The translations under genes were made by a program, and so were the position numbers. A DNA stretch of 64,000 nucleotides, from positions 2,912,001-2,976,000 of the forward strand of contig CM000155.2 in NCBI GenBank assembly GCA_000004695.1. Reading direction: 5' to 3'. Origin of the DNA: Dictyostelium discoideum (taxonomy: Eukaryota). The notes under the pieces are model-generated. The model saw nothing but the letters and a program-made list of their open reading frames with translations. It ran no database searches and had not been told where the DNA came from. Within the stretch, counting starts at the first letter, position 1, and every line of letters starts with the position of its first letter. This document shows positions 41,080-53,754 of the stretch, piece by piece.

Positions 41080-41775
41080 GTATTGAAAAAAAAAAAAAAA
41101 GATAAAAAAAAGATTAAAAATTTAAACAAATACTAACCATTTTATTATTCTAATTTGAAAACCAGGTATCCAAATTAATATTTTAATTTATATTTAATCA
41201 GATTGGTTAAAAATTTAAAATAAATATGTTAAATGGTTTTTATACAAGCATAAATATATTTTTTTATGTTTTAAATATCCTATTTTTAAAAAAAGATAAA
41301 TTGGTGGAATTATTATTGAACTTTTTTTTTTTTGTTGTTGTTGAGTAGTTTATGTTAACCTCATGATCCTTCTTTATATTTGGTGGGATTATAGGTTTAA
41401 TTCTTTTTTTTTTTTTTTTTTTTTTTATATTTGATCATTTTAATAAAAAAAAATTAATGCATTAATCAAATGATTTTTTTTTAAAGTTGATTGCAAATCC
41501 ATATCCATATCTGGTGAAATATCATTACTATCAAGTTTTTATATGAGAAATGTGATAATCTATAGCCTTGTAACACCATATGAAGTGAGGTTTATGAAAT
41601 CTTATATGAATGTAGTCAATGTTGATTTCATGGTCTTTCTTCATATTAGGAGGTATAATTGGTGTGATTTTGTTTGTTGTTTGTTGTTTATGATTGTTCC
41701 GCCTGTTAATTTGAAGATGAATCCTGTTAATTTGGTATTGTTAATATATGATTTGGGAGCACTTGTTCTGAAATA

Positions 41776-41787
<12 letters not shown>

Positions 41788-41823
<36 letters not shown>

Positions 41824-42410
41824 TGGATTAACAAGATTGATATATGTCCATCTGTGTTAATACGAGTTTTATTTAATATTTATTTAAAGGCTTATCATTT
41901 AAGCTGAAGGGTTATTTTAATCATATGAATTGATCAAAAGATATAATATTTGGGAGAGATGATTCTGGAATACAATAGTAATTAGCTGTTGTTTTTCTTA
42001 TCTTGATCGTTGAAGTGAGAAGGATCTTAGGATCTTTGAAGTTATTATGGTCTTTTGCTGATAAGTTTTTCAGATCTTTTGCTTTTTTGATGTATTCTAG
42101 AGTGGCCAATTTGTGCCATTTCTTTAGAAGGGAGCTGTATGATAGTGATTCATCTGTTAAAGGATCTTCACTGTATATTCAGAATTCCAATATCTACAAA
42201 TCCAGAAAGATACTTGGGATACTTCTTCACAGGCAAAGGGATAACAAGAAAAATACCAGAAATATTAAACACAATAAGATCATCCTTAGTACTATGGAAA
42301 ACCACTGACTCAACAATCAAAACCAAAACCAACATCCTCAAAGCATTCGCACTCTCTAAATTAACCTACTATTCATATGTAGTATATTGTATTTCAGAAC
42401 GGAAAAATAT
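41788..42410. mobile_element. Rearranged TRE retroelement fragment of about 620 bp, present only in copy 1. It comprises T30, the reverse complement of the element's 3' end (about 38416..38774), a forward internal ORF2 piece (about 37236..37438), then a 19-nt inverted copy of the target site.
   Basis: 41818..42180 is the reverse complement of 38416..38774. 42181..42381 matches 37236..37438. 42382..42400 'gtatattgtatttcagaac' is the reverse complement of the empty-site sequence 'gttctgaaatacaatatac' seen at 44861..44879. Confidence 0.8.
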
Positions 42411-42490
42411 AACTTTGCAGGTTAGTTTTCTTAATTTTATTATTTGTATGGTAAAGTCATTTGGGTCCTTTTACAATATCTTCATAGCCG

Positions 42491-42501
42491 GAGTCGAACA
42501 T
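42491..42501 (-). promoter_or_regulatory. Putative external B box of tRNA-Lys ('TGTTCGACTCC' on the minus strand), about 35 nt downstream of the tRNA 3' end. The same box is at 44953..44963 in copy 2.
   Basis: B-box-like GTTCGAnTCC outside the mature tRNA, as for the tRNA-Ile gene. Confidence 0.5.
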
Positions 42502-42533
42502 GCGATCTCAACTATACTCAGTAAAAATAATTC

Positions 42534-42606
42534 GCCCAACGGGGGGCTCGAACCCCCGACCACCAGATTAAGAGTCTGGCGCTCTACCGACTGAGCTAGC
42601 CGGGCA
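42534..42606 (-). tRNA. tRNA-Lys (anticodon CUU), 73 nt.
   Basis: Minus strand: 'GCCCGGCTAGCTCAGTCGGTAGAGCGCCAGACTCTTAATCTGGTGGTCGGGGGTTCGAGCCCCCGTTGGGCG'. It is near-identical to eukaryotic tRNA-Lys-CTT outside the anticodon stem, with a canonical cloverleaf and the anticodon loop 'CTCTTAA'. Confidence 0.9.
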
Positions 42607-43998
42607 TTTTTATGAATTTTCAATTAAAATACTGGTATACGTAATAAATTTACTCCAATTGAAAAAAGATGAGTTTACAGGTGAAGCAATTTATTTTATC
42701 CAAAAAAAAAAGGTCAAATAATTATCAATTTAATACACAAAAAATAAATAGTTTATTGTTGTCTCTTTCTTTTGAAATTAATAAAATATTTTAATTTAAG
42801 AGTTTTTATTTCAGATTTTTTGTTCAATTGCACAGAACAGAGATTTAAAATTGTGGTGTGGCAAATAAAAAAAAAAATTATGAGAAAATAGATTATAATA
42901 GCTTTTATTAAATTACACTTATTTATACATTGATATTTAAATAGAAAATCGATTTAATTTTAATTTTATGAGAATAATAATTTCAAATAACTAATCCTCC
43001 ATTTGGTTTTTGAAAAACTTCTAAATGTACAGAGTTTGAAGTGGGCTGAGTATTTAAATTTACAACACTTTTTGATTGATCTTTTTTTGTATTGATAAAA
43101 CTTGTTGTTTTAACTGATTTATTTTTTGCCAAACAATCTAACAAATTTTTAAATCAATATGTTAGAAAATAAATAAAATAAATTTTTGAAAAAAATAACT
43201 TAATTAGTTTACACACATACCGTAAATCATTTTTTAATAAATTTTTTAAATAAATAAAAAAATAAATAAATTATATAAATAAAATAAAATATAATAAAAT
43301 AAAATAAATAATTAAAAAACTAGTTTAATAAATAAATATTTTTTAAAAAATAGATTAAAAAAATTGTAAATAAATTTTTAAAAAATGAATAAAAAAAAAA
43401 AACAGAAAATTGAATTTAAATATTTTATTCTTTTATTTTTGTATTTTTTTAATTTTATAATTTTTTTTAATTGTTTATTTTATAAAATAATGAAAATATT
43501 AATTTAATATCCATATTTGTACTTTAAGATTATTATTTATAAATCTTGTGATTTTGTTTATTTAAATAATTATTTCAAAGAATTATAATATGAGTTTTTA
43601 AAATTAAGGCAATTATAGTACACTTTTACATATAATTATACAATAAATATTTTAATTTTTTATTTTAAAAAAAAAAAATATTTAAAAATAAATTAAAAAA
43701 AAAAAATAACCACTCTTACTATTTGTTTTTATTATAATAATAATCGAATTTTATTAATTTTGTTTTTATTTTAATATTTTGCTCTATATTGAATTTCAAA
43801 TTCCATACGTCCTTCATTGTTTTTTTTTTTTTACACAGAATAATAACTGATTAAGATTTTTTTTGTTTATTATTTTTAAAAAAAAAAAAAAGAAACAANN
43901 NNNNNNNNNNNNNNNNNNNNNNNNNNNNNNNNNNNNNNNNNNNNNNNNNNNNNNNNNNNNNNNNNNNNNNNNNNNNNNNNNNNNNNNNNNNNNNNNNN

Positions 43999-46364
43999 AT
44001 ATTAATAAAAACTCTTTCATTCAACAACAACAACAACAATTAGTATGCCAATTGGGATGGAGTACAAAGTTTTGATGATTTTTCAGCATTTGGTGGTTGG
44101 AGCACTCCAGCAATTAAACAATATAATGATGGTGGTAGCAACTGTGGTGTTGGTTATGATTTTAATTGGTGAGTATTGAAAAAAAAAAAAAAAGATAAAA
44201 AAAAGATTAAAAATTTAAACAAATACTAACCATTTTATTATTCTAATTTGAAAACCAGGTATCCAAATTAATATTTTAATTTATATTTAATCAGATTGGT
44301 TAAAAATTTAAAATAAATATGTTAAATGGTTTTTATACAAGCATAAATATATTTTTTTATGTTTTAAATATCCTATTTTTAAAAAAAGATAAATTGGTGG
44401 AATTATTATTGAACTTTTTTTTTTTTGTTGTTGTTGAGTAGTTTATGTTAACCTCATGATCCTTCTTTATATTTGGTGGGATTATAGGTTTAATTCTTTT
44501 TTTTTTTTTTTTTTTTTTTATATTTGATCATTTTAATAAAAAAAAATTAATGCATTAATCAAATGATTTTTTTTTAAAGTTGATTGCAAATCCATATCCA
44601 TATCTGGTGAAATATCATTACTATCAAGTTTTTATATGAGAAATGTGATAATCTATAGCCTTGTAACACCATATGAAGTGAGGTTTATGAAATCTTATAT
44701 GAATGTAGTCAATGTTGATTTCATGGTCTTTCTTCATATTAGGAGGTATAATTGGTGTGATTTTGTTTGTTGTTTGTTGTTTATGATTGTTCCGCCTGTT
44801 AATTTGAAGATGAATCCTGTTAATTTGGTATTGTTAATATATGATTTGGGAGCACTTGTTCTGAAATACAATATACTTTGCAGGTTAGTTTTCTTAATTT
44901 TATTATTTGTATGGTAAAGTCATTTGGGTCCTTTTACAATATCTTCATAGCCGGAGTCGAACATGCGATCTCAACTATACTCAGTAAAAATAATTCGCCC
45001 AACGGGGGGCTCGAACCCCCGACCACCAGATTAAGAGTCTGGCGCTCTACCGACTGAGCTAGCCGGGCATTTTTATGAATTTTCAATTAAAATACTGGTA
45101 TACGTAATAAATTTACTCCAATTGAAAAAAGATGAGTTTACAGGTGAAGCAATTTATTTTATCCAAAAAAAAAAGGTCAAATAATTATCAATTTAATACA
45201 CAAAAAATAAATAGTTTATTGTTGTCTCTTTCTTTTGAAATTAATAAAATATTTTAATTTAAGAGTTTTTATTTCAGATTTTTTGTTCAATTGCACAGAA
45301 CAGAGATTTAAAATTGTGGTGTGGCAAATAAAAAAAAAAATTATGAGAAAATAGATTATAATAGCTTTTATTAAATTACACTTATTTATACATTGATATT
45401 TAAATAGAAAATCGATTTAATTTTAATTTTATGAGAATAATAATTTCAAATAACTAATCCTCCATTTGGTTTTTGAAAAACTTCTAAATGTACAGAGTTT
45501 GAAGTGGGCTGAGTATTTAAATTTACAACACTTTTTGATTGATCTTTTTTTGTATTGATAAAACTTGTTGTTTTAACTGATTTATTTTTTGCCAAACAAT
45601 CTAACAAATTTTTAAATCAATATGTTAGAAAATAAATAAAATAAATTTTTGAAAAAAATAACTTAATTAGTTTACACACATACCGTAAATCATTTTTTAA
45701 TAAATTTTTTAAATAAATAAAAAAATAAATAAATTATATAAATAAAATAAAATATAATAAAATAAAATAAATAATTAAAAAACTAGTTTAATAAATAAAT
45801 ATTTTTTAAAAAATAGATTAAAAAAATTGTAAATAAATTTTTAAAAAATGAATAAAAAAAAAAAACAGAAAATTGAATTTAAATATTTTATTCTTTTATT
45901 TTTGTATTTTTTTAATTTTATAATTTTTTTTAATTGTTTATTTTATAAAATAATGAAAATATTAATTTAATATCCATATTTGTACTTTAAGATTATTATT
46001 TATAAATCTTGTGATTTTGTTTATTTAAATAATTATTTCAAAGAATTATAATATGAGTTTTTAAAATTAAGGCAATTATAGTACACTTTTACATATAATT
46101 ATACAATAAATATTTTAATTTTTTATTTTAAAAAAAAAAAATATTTAAAAATAAATTAAAAAAAAAAAATAACCACTCTTACTATTTGTTTTTATTATAA
46201 TAATAATCGAATTTTATTAATTTTGTTTTTATTTTAATATTTTGCTCTATATTGAATTTCAAATTCCATACGTCCTTCATTGTTTTTTTTTTTTTACACA
46301 GAATAATAACTGATTAAGATTTTTTTTGTTTATTATTTTTAAAAAAAAAAAAAAGAAACAAGTG
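43999..46364. repeat. Copy 2 of the duplicated segment. It starts exactly at the gap edge and lacks the TRE-fragment insertion. It includes a second copy of the lysozyme last exon (44044..44172) and of tRNA-Lys.
   Basis: See copy 1. Unique sequence resumes at 46365 ('gtggagattaaatat'). Confidence 0.85.
44996..45068 (-). tRNA. tRNA-Lys (CUU), second copy, identical to 42534..42606.
   Basis: Identical 73-nt sequence at an offset of 2462 bp. Confidence 0.9.
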
Positions 46365-46490
46365 GAGATTAAATATATTTTGTGTATTAACACTTTTAAG
46401 TATCATTTTTAAAAAAAAAAAAAAAAAAAAAATTGTAAAAAAAAAAAGAATTTATTTTGTTTAGAAAAACTTTTTTTTGTTTAATTATTA

Positions 46491-46523
<33 letters not shown>

Positions 46524-47521
46524 TTAAATAATAAAAAGTGGTATTTAATAATATAACAATATCAAAAGGGAAAAAAAAAAAGAAAAAAAAAAATAAAAAA
46601 AAAAAAGGAATGACAAAAAAAAAAAAAATTGGTATATTTATTTTGAAAAATTAATTTAAATCTTGCAATTACTTATCTTGATAATCAAATAAAAAAAAAG
46701 AAATTGTACAAATTAATAATGGCAATCTAACTAATAAATAAAATTCCACCCCCCCCCCTCTCTCTCCTTACAAAAGGATGAATCAGGTTGAAGGGGGTAT
46801 TATTTTTATATACATTTTTTTTAACAATCAATGTACATATAAAAAAAAAAAAAAAAATTATTATTTTCATTTTCCAATTCTTAATTTTTTGTATTGAAAC
46901 AAATTAAAAATAAATTTTGAAAAATTGAATTACTGAATTAGCTTACTTTTTTTGGTGTTTACCACAAAAAAAAAAAAAAAAAAAAAAAATGAAAATTAAT
47001 TTTTTTTTTTGAATTTTTTTATATGACAATTATAATAATAAGTATTAATCATGAAAAAAAACACAACCTAAAATTAAAAAGGGGGTTCGGGTTTATTTTC
47101 ACAGCTTGGTACAGATTTAAAAAAAGGAAAATAAAAAAAAAAACAAAATAAAAAACCCCCCCTTCCAAAAAAATATTACCCCCCAAAAAACAACATATTT
47201 AAAAAATTTATGGTTTTAAAAATCATTAATTTTAATAATTTTTTTTTATCCATTTTTTATTAATTTTTTTTTTTAAAAAAAAAAAATATTTTTAAATTCC
47301 CTTTAAACAAGGAATAAAAAATCAAATCAAAAAAAAAAAATTTACCTACAACTTTTTAGGGAAAGTTTTTTTATAGAAATTAAATTTTTATAAAAAAAAA
47401 AAAATTAGGAAAATTAAGAATTTAAAAATAAAATACCATTTCAAAAAAATATTTTTAACTTTTTAATTATAAAAAAATATCAAAAAATGAATTTAATTGG
47501 AAAGTTTAATTACATTTTTTA

Positions 47522-47571
<50 letters not shown>

Positions 47572-47995
47572 ATATACTAACTTTTGTTTTTTAATTTTTT
47601 TTTAAAAAAAAAGACTCTTTCAAAGATCTTAGTTTATCAAACGAAAATAAACAATTTTTAAATGTTAGAAATAATTCAAATAATGGATTTCACAATAATT
47701 TTACTTTAATAAAAAATCAAAACAATTCAGTTATTAGTAATAATCCAGTTATTGTTGTTTCTTTTATAAAATAATATTAAAATCAAGTAAAAAAAAAATA
47801 ATATATATGGAAATAGAAATGATTTTTAAAAAAAAATAATAATAATCAATATATATAGAAATAGAAATAATTAAAAAAAAAAAAAAAAAAAATAATGACA
47901 ATCCGAATCTAAAAAAAAAATGTTGTAAAAATAAAAATTAATTTATTTATTTATTTAAAAAATATAAACTTTTAATTAATTAATTAATTAATTAA

Positions 47996-48745
47996 TTATA
48001 AATATGGTTTTAATAAAATTAAATCTAATTGTGAAATTAAGTTATTTAAATTTTTTGGAGGTATACCTTTAAAATTATAACGAATTAATTTATCTTGATT
48101 TGATTGTAATCTTGATTTTATTCTTTTTACAATTTCTAAATTATGATGAATTGCATTTAAATTAATATCTATTGGATCATTTCTATTGTCTAATAGATAT
48201 AAGAATATTTCATCTCTTTTATGACGCAATGCTTGAATTGGTACTAATGATGAAATTGGATAAATATTCAACTCTGTTAAATATTGAACCAATGCTAAAC
48301 TATCACTTGTTACAGCATTCTCCATAATGAAATTATTATCAATTAATTTATTTAACCCTCCATCTACACCATTTTGATGAATAAATTTCATAAATTCTAA
48401 ATCACCCCTATTAGCAATGAATTCACCAACTAATTTATCATTCCAAAGGAAATTCTCTTTAAAATTATAATAAAGATATTTAAATAATTCAAAATTTTCA
48501 CATGCTAATCTAATACCATATTTATATAAAAAATCATTATTATTATTATTATTATTTGAATTATTACTATTTTTATTTATTGCTGTTGAATTTCTAATAA
48601 TCTTTTTTACAAATTCAAATTCTTTATATTTTAAAATATATTGAAATCCAATTCTAACTTTATCTTTTTCTTTTAAATTTTCTTTTATTCCTTTTTTATA
48701 TAAAAAATTAAAAATAAATAATTTTTTAATATCTTTGTCTTCCAA
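47996..48745 (-). CDS. Hypothetical protein, 249 aa, with possible ankyrin-like helical repeats. The start is within 40 bp of an N-gap, so the N-terminus may be incomplete.
   Basis: ORF with repeated '...G(D/N)LEF(M/V)K(F/Y)(I/L)...NG.D...L...A...' segments (FIANRGDLEFMKFIHQNGVDGGLNKLIDNNF; NAVTSDSLALVQYL), flanked by AT-rich DNA. Confidence 0.45.
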   Translation of the reverse strand: MEDKDIKKLFIFNFLYKKGIKENLKEKDKVRIGFQYILKYKEFEFVKKIIRNSTAINKNSNNSNNNNNNNDFLYKYGIRLACENFELFKYLYYNFKENFLWNDKLVGEFIANRGDLEFMKFIHQNGVDGGLNKLIDNNFIMENAVTSDSLALVQYLTELNIYPISSLVPIQALRHKRDEIFLYLLDNRNDPIDINLNAIHHNLEIVKRIKSRLQSNQDKLIRYNFKGIPPKNLNNLISQLDLILLKPYL

Positions 48746-48883
48746 TTCATTTAAATTATTTAAATTTAAAATTTTTAAAGTTGNNNNNNNNNNNNNNNNN
48801 NNNNNNNNNNNNNNNNNNNNNNNNNNNNNNNNNNNNNNNNNNNNNNNNNNNNNNNNNNNNNNNNNNNNNNNNNNNNNNNNNNN

Positions 48884-48924
<41 letters not shown>

Positions 48925-49149
48925 TAAATATTTTTTTGGTAAATTAAAAATAAATAAATAAATAAAATAAAAAATATTATTAAAAAAATAAAATATATCC
49001 ATTTATATTATTATTTTTATTTTTAATAAAAGTTTTTTGTTTTTCCAATATTTATTTATTATATTATATTATTATTATTATAAATATTTTTTTATTTTTA
49101 TTATTATTATTAATATTTTTTTATTTTTATAATTTTTATTATTAGGTGG

Positions 49150-49939
49150 TTAATCAAAAGAAACATAATATTTTTTAATTTCATAAGAAATTTCAGTTTC
49201 AGCCAAATAGAAAGGACTTGTTTTCAAATTTTTAAAATATTTTAGAATGATTTGGGTGAATTGTTTATAGCAATTGAATAGTTTATCAAGAATCATTTGA
49301 AAGATTTTCATACCATTTTTAAAGTTTGGAAATTGTTGAGTGACTATTACATTCATTTCTTCGATACCAGATCTCCAATTTTGATAAAATTGTTTCAATA
49401 TTTCTTCAAGTATTTCTTTCTTCAATTGTGGATGGTTAATTTCTTCCAACGTATATAAACCAATCAATGGATACAAATCTCTAACAGTTGTAATAACATT
49501 TTTAAAATATACAAATGAAACCAATTGTTCTAAACAATATTGTTCAGCTTCTTTTTCAAATAATAAAATCCAATAATCTTTATCTTCATTACCGCTACCA
49601 ATAAATTCATTTTCATTATTATTATTATTATCATTATTATTTTCATCATTTTTATTACTATTATTACCATTAATTTTATTATTATTATTATTATTATTTA
49701 CAATATTATTATTACTATTTAATTTATCAGTTAAAATTGTTAAAATTAAATCAAAATTATTTAATCTAAAAATTAATTTTGAAAGATGATTTGATTTTAA
49801 ATCATCAGATAGTCTATTAATTAATTTATACATTTCAACTCTCATTATTGCTAAATTTTCATTAATTATTGAATGTGATTCTTTAATATTAAATAATAAA
49901 TGATCATTATCCGTATTAATTAAATCATTATTATTATTG

Positions 49940-49980
<41 letters not shown>

Positions 49981-51780
49981 ATTATTAAAATTATATAAAA
50001 CTGAAAATGAACCAATTAATTCACTATATCTTCTAACAACATAATGAGGTCTATTTTCTTCAATTGGTGATAAATCTTTAACATTTGCATCTCTAATAGA
50101 TTGAATATTCTCTTCGAATAATATTGTTAATCTTGATAGAGTTGAATTAATAATGAATTGAAATAATCTATCAGTACAATCTGATTTGAATTGAATTTTA
50201 CTTCTATATTTACTAGTGATTGATAATATTAATAACAAAGCCACTATATCATAAGTTGATGCTAAATAACCATTTAAATTCTCCATAAATAATGATTCTG
50301 ATTTACAAAATAAAAAAGTAGAACTATCTTTATTTGATAGGAAATAATCCTTTAGAAACATATTTTCATATGATACTAAATCAATGATAAAGAATAACAA
50401 TGATCTGAATATAACTTCATAGGAATATTTTATAGAGTCAGAGGCAGAGGAAGATTCGAAATTGATAGATTGGGGTTTTAATGGTGGAGTTTCGAGTTCA
50501 TTTAAAATCTGATACCTAGTTTCAATGGTGTAAATGGATGATTTACACTTTAATTTATTACTTTTACTCGAGAAGAATCCCCTGGTTTTACTCTCGTGCA
50601 TACCAATTAAATCATTTCTTGATGTTGGTTCCATTTGAAGTTTCTCCAAGAATGTTATATAACTTCTATAATAGGATGAATAGATTCTTTCAGCAATCTC
50701 TTTATATTGATCGAATAGAATTCTAGCAACACGTCTAGTATGTTTATAGAGGAATATAAATGCTTGTCTGTATAGGGTGAATTCTTGTTGTTTCGATTGC
50801 AACGATTGTATATCCTTGATTTGGTTGAATTGTACCATGAAAAACCTATGAATCTTATCCAAAACCACGTTCAACAGTTTCAGTGTCACCTCTTCAATTT
50901 CACCCGTTGCAAAGACTCCATCGATCTTTTGTGACGATATGTGGCCTATCTTCTTACTGAATATTGAAAGATATTGAAGATACTGATCGTTAACCTCACC
51001 TTGTGTCAATAGGTGTATCAAATCATCCGATATCGAAACCTCCTCTATAATCTTATCCAATCGTTCCACCACCTTCTTCCTATTGACACATTTGGAATTC
51101 TGTGTAATCGATAACTCTTGTAAATTTCTCATTTCTTTTGAAATGTTTGTTAATTCACCTTGAAATTTACTTAACATATCTTCGAAACCACTCAATAGAT
51201 CAGTACTCTCTGTTATGGTTTTATAAAGTATTGCAAATGTTTCCCTCTCATTAACATAATCTGGTATAATATCTTGATAAAGTTCATTCATCTCCTTATC
51301 ACATCTCTCTAACGATTCACCAACTTCTTTTGAAAATTTACTTAAATCAATACCCTTATCCAAACAATTTGCTATAACTTGCTCATCCTTTGCATAGCGT
51401 TCAATTTGATTTTCAAAATCTTCCATACCCTCTCCCATTATATTGATTGTTGTTAAATCTAAATCAAATTTAAATTCCATATTGTCATCTTTTTCAATTT
51501 GTTCTTTATTATTTGTATTGTTACTATTATTTTGATTTTTAGATTTTTTTGAAATTTCTATTGATTGTAAACTATTTGATAATGAATTTGTATCATCATC
51601 ACTTATAAATTCATTATTTGTTGTTACTGCTTCATCTTCTTCGTGATGACGAAATCCTTTACTTGTACCATTTAATTCTTTATCAAATACTTCATCAAGA
51701 TTTGAACCTGTATTTTTATTATTTTTTAAATTATTATTATTATTATTTGTATTATTATTATTATTACTATTATTATTCAT
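49150..51780 (-). CDS. vps52: VPS52 (GARP/EARP complex subunit, Sac2 family), 876 aa, single exon, with poly-Asn insertions.
   Basis: 'KDEQVIANCLDKGIDLSKFSKEVGESLERCDKE...LSKFQGELTNISKEMRNLQELS' aligns with human VPS52 'EDELVKEALKTGVDLRHYSKQVELELQQIEQKS...LGAFQSDLSSISSEIRTLQEQS'. 'EIAERIYSSYYRSYITFLEKLQ...DLIGMHESKTRGFFSSKSNKLKCKSSIYTIETR' aligns with 'ETLSKIYLSYYRSYLGRLMKVQ...DLMGVEDTAKKGFFSKPSLRSRNTIFTLGTR'. Confidence 0.85.
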
Positions 51781-52406
51781 ATTTTATATTTTTCACACTG
51801 AGTTGAAAATGTGAATTGCAAAAAATAAAAAAAATAAAAAAAAAAATAAAAAATTAAAAAATAAAAAAATAAAAAAAAAATCCAACAAAATTTTATTTTT
51901 TTATTATTAATAAAATATTTTCTATTTTTTCCATAAATTAATTTAAAATGAAAAAAAGTATTTAAATGAAAAAATAGAAAATATTTAATTAATAATAAAA
52001 AAATTATTCCCCTTACTTTTGGAGTTTATTTTTTTTTTTTTCCTTTTAAAGTAATCTATCAAAAATTTTATTATTAACCATAGTGATTTAAATTTTAAAT
52101 ACAACCTAAACAATATCTCCTAAATGGTGTGTATCTCCTTTCAATTTTTTTTTTTTTTTTTTGTTTATTTAACATTATTTTAAATAATTTCTTTGAATAA
52201 ATTCATCAAAATTTTGTGAGTTTGGAAAAAAAAAAAAAAAAATAAAAATAAAATAAAAAAAAAAAATAAAAAATAAAAAAAAAAGTGTGTTCATAAAATT
52301 TAATTTAAAAAAAAAAAAACAAATTTCAAAAAAAAAAAAAAAAAAAAAAAAACAACACACATAACACAAAAATACAAATAATTTTAAAAATATATATAAT
52401 ATAATA

Positions 52407-53415
52407 ATGAGTGATCATAGTGAAGCCATTGCAACATTTCAATCAATTACAGGTGCATCAAAAGAAGAATCTACATTTTATTTAGAGAGTCATGATTGGG
52501 ATTTAGAAGTAAGATTTTATTATTCTTAATTTTTTATCACTTTTTTATTTTTTTTTTTTTTTTTTATCCTAAATTATTTATTTTTTTTTTTTTTTAAAAA
52601 AATTAAAGAAAGCAGCACAAACTTTTACAACATTACAAGAAGAAGAAAATCAAAGAAATGATCAACCACAAATTGAAGAAGATTATGAAGATGAGGAAGA
52701 GGAAGATGATCATAGAGATCCAATGCCAGCATCAAGACCAGTATATAGTAAACCAGTTGCAAAAACTGTTAGTAAGAAAGCACCAGCAGGTGGTAGAGTA
52801 GGTGGTATTAGAACATTATCAGATTTCAATAATGATGATCATGATGATCATGATCATAGTGATGGTGATGATGATGAAGATGACAGATCTCAACAATATT
52901 TCACTGGTGGTGAAAAGAGTGGTTTGGTGGTTGAAAGTGCACCAAAGAAAGGTAAAAACGGTGGTAGTGGTGATATTGTAAACGATGTATTCGATAGTGC
53001 CAAAAGACATGGTGCTGTTGCATCCAATGAAAAGAAAGTTGAAAAACCAGATTCATTCGATAGTGTTGGTTATCAATTGGGTGCCACTGATCAAGGTAAT
53101 CGTAATGTAAGCAAACCAAAGGAAAAAGATCCAAATTCTCAAGTCGTAGAAGTTAAAGTCACCTTTTGGAATCAAGGTTTCACCATTGATGATGGTCCAC
53201 TTCGTAAGTATGATAATCCAGAGAATAAAGAATTACTCGATGATATTCAAAGGGGTATTGTACCACGTGAACTTCAAAAAAAAGCAACCACTCCAAATGG
53301 TTTATCTGTAACTTTGATAAATAATCATAATCAAGATTATGTTGAACCAGCAAAACCAAAATATGTTGCATTCTCTGGTGGTGGTCAAACTTTAGGTAGT
53401 TCTTCCACCTCAACA

Positions 53416-53447
<32 letters not shown>

Positions 53448-53754
53448 CAATAGAGCAACCACTACTTCAACTACTACAACTTCAACACCAAATGTATCAT
53501 CAATCAATGTAGATCAATCACAACCAACAACAACAGTTCAAATTCGTTTAGCAAATGGTTCAAGACTTTCAACAACCTTTAATCACTCTCATACCCTTCA
53601 AGATGTTATTAATTATATCAATAGCTCAAGTGGTTCAAATCAATCTTTTGATCTTTTAACTGGTTTCCCTCAAAAACCAGTCACAAACCCAACTTCAACA
53701 ACTTTAAAAGATGCTGGTTTATTAAATGCTTTATTAATTCAAAAATTAAAATAA
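52407..53754 (+). CDS. p47/NSFL1C-like p97 (Cdc48) cofactor with UBA-like, SEP and UBX domains. Exons 52407..52508 and 52609..53754.
   Basis: Exon 1 'MSDHSEAIATFQSITGASKEESTFYLESHDWDLE' is the UBA-like N-domain (p47: ...[24 protein letters not shown]). The SEP domain is 'VTFWNQGFTIDDGPLRKYDNPENKELLDDIQRGIVPRELQ' (p47: [40 protein letters not shown]). The C-terminal UBX is 'TTVQIRLANGSRLSTTFNHSHTLQDVINYIN...FDLLTGFPQKPV'. The intron has a GTAAGA donor and an AAAG acceptor, phase 0. Confidence 0.85.

Larger units (their letters stand above)
40906..43898. repeat. Copy 1 of a duplicated segment: lysozyme intron 5, its last exon, 3' flank, the TRE-fragment insertion, tRNA-Lys and about 1.3 kb of flank. 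It ends exactly at the N-gap 43899..43998.
   Basis: 40906..41787 matches 43999..44870; 42409..43898 matches 44868..46364 (near-identical). Copy 1 carries an extra ~620 bp. Confidence 0.85.

Noticed and set aside
42139-42594. 151-aa ORF spanning the TRE fragment and the tRNA-Lys gene
   Set aside because: It is a chance open frame across a rearranged element fragment and a tRNA, with no coherent protein.
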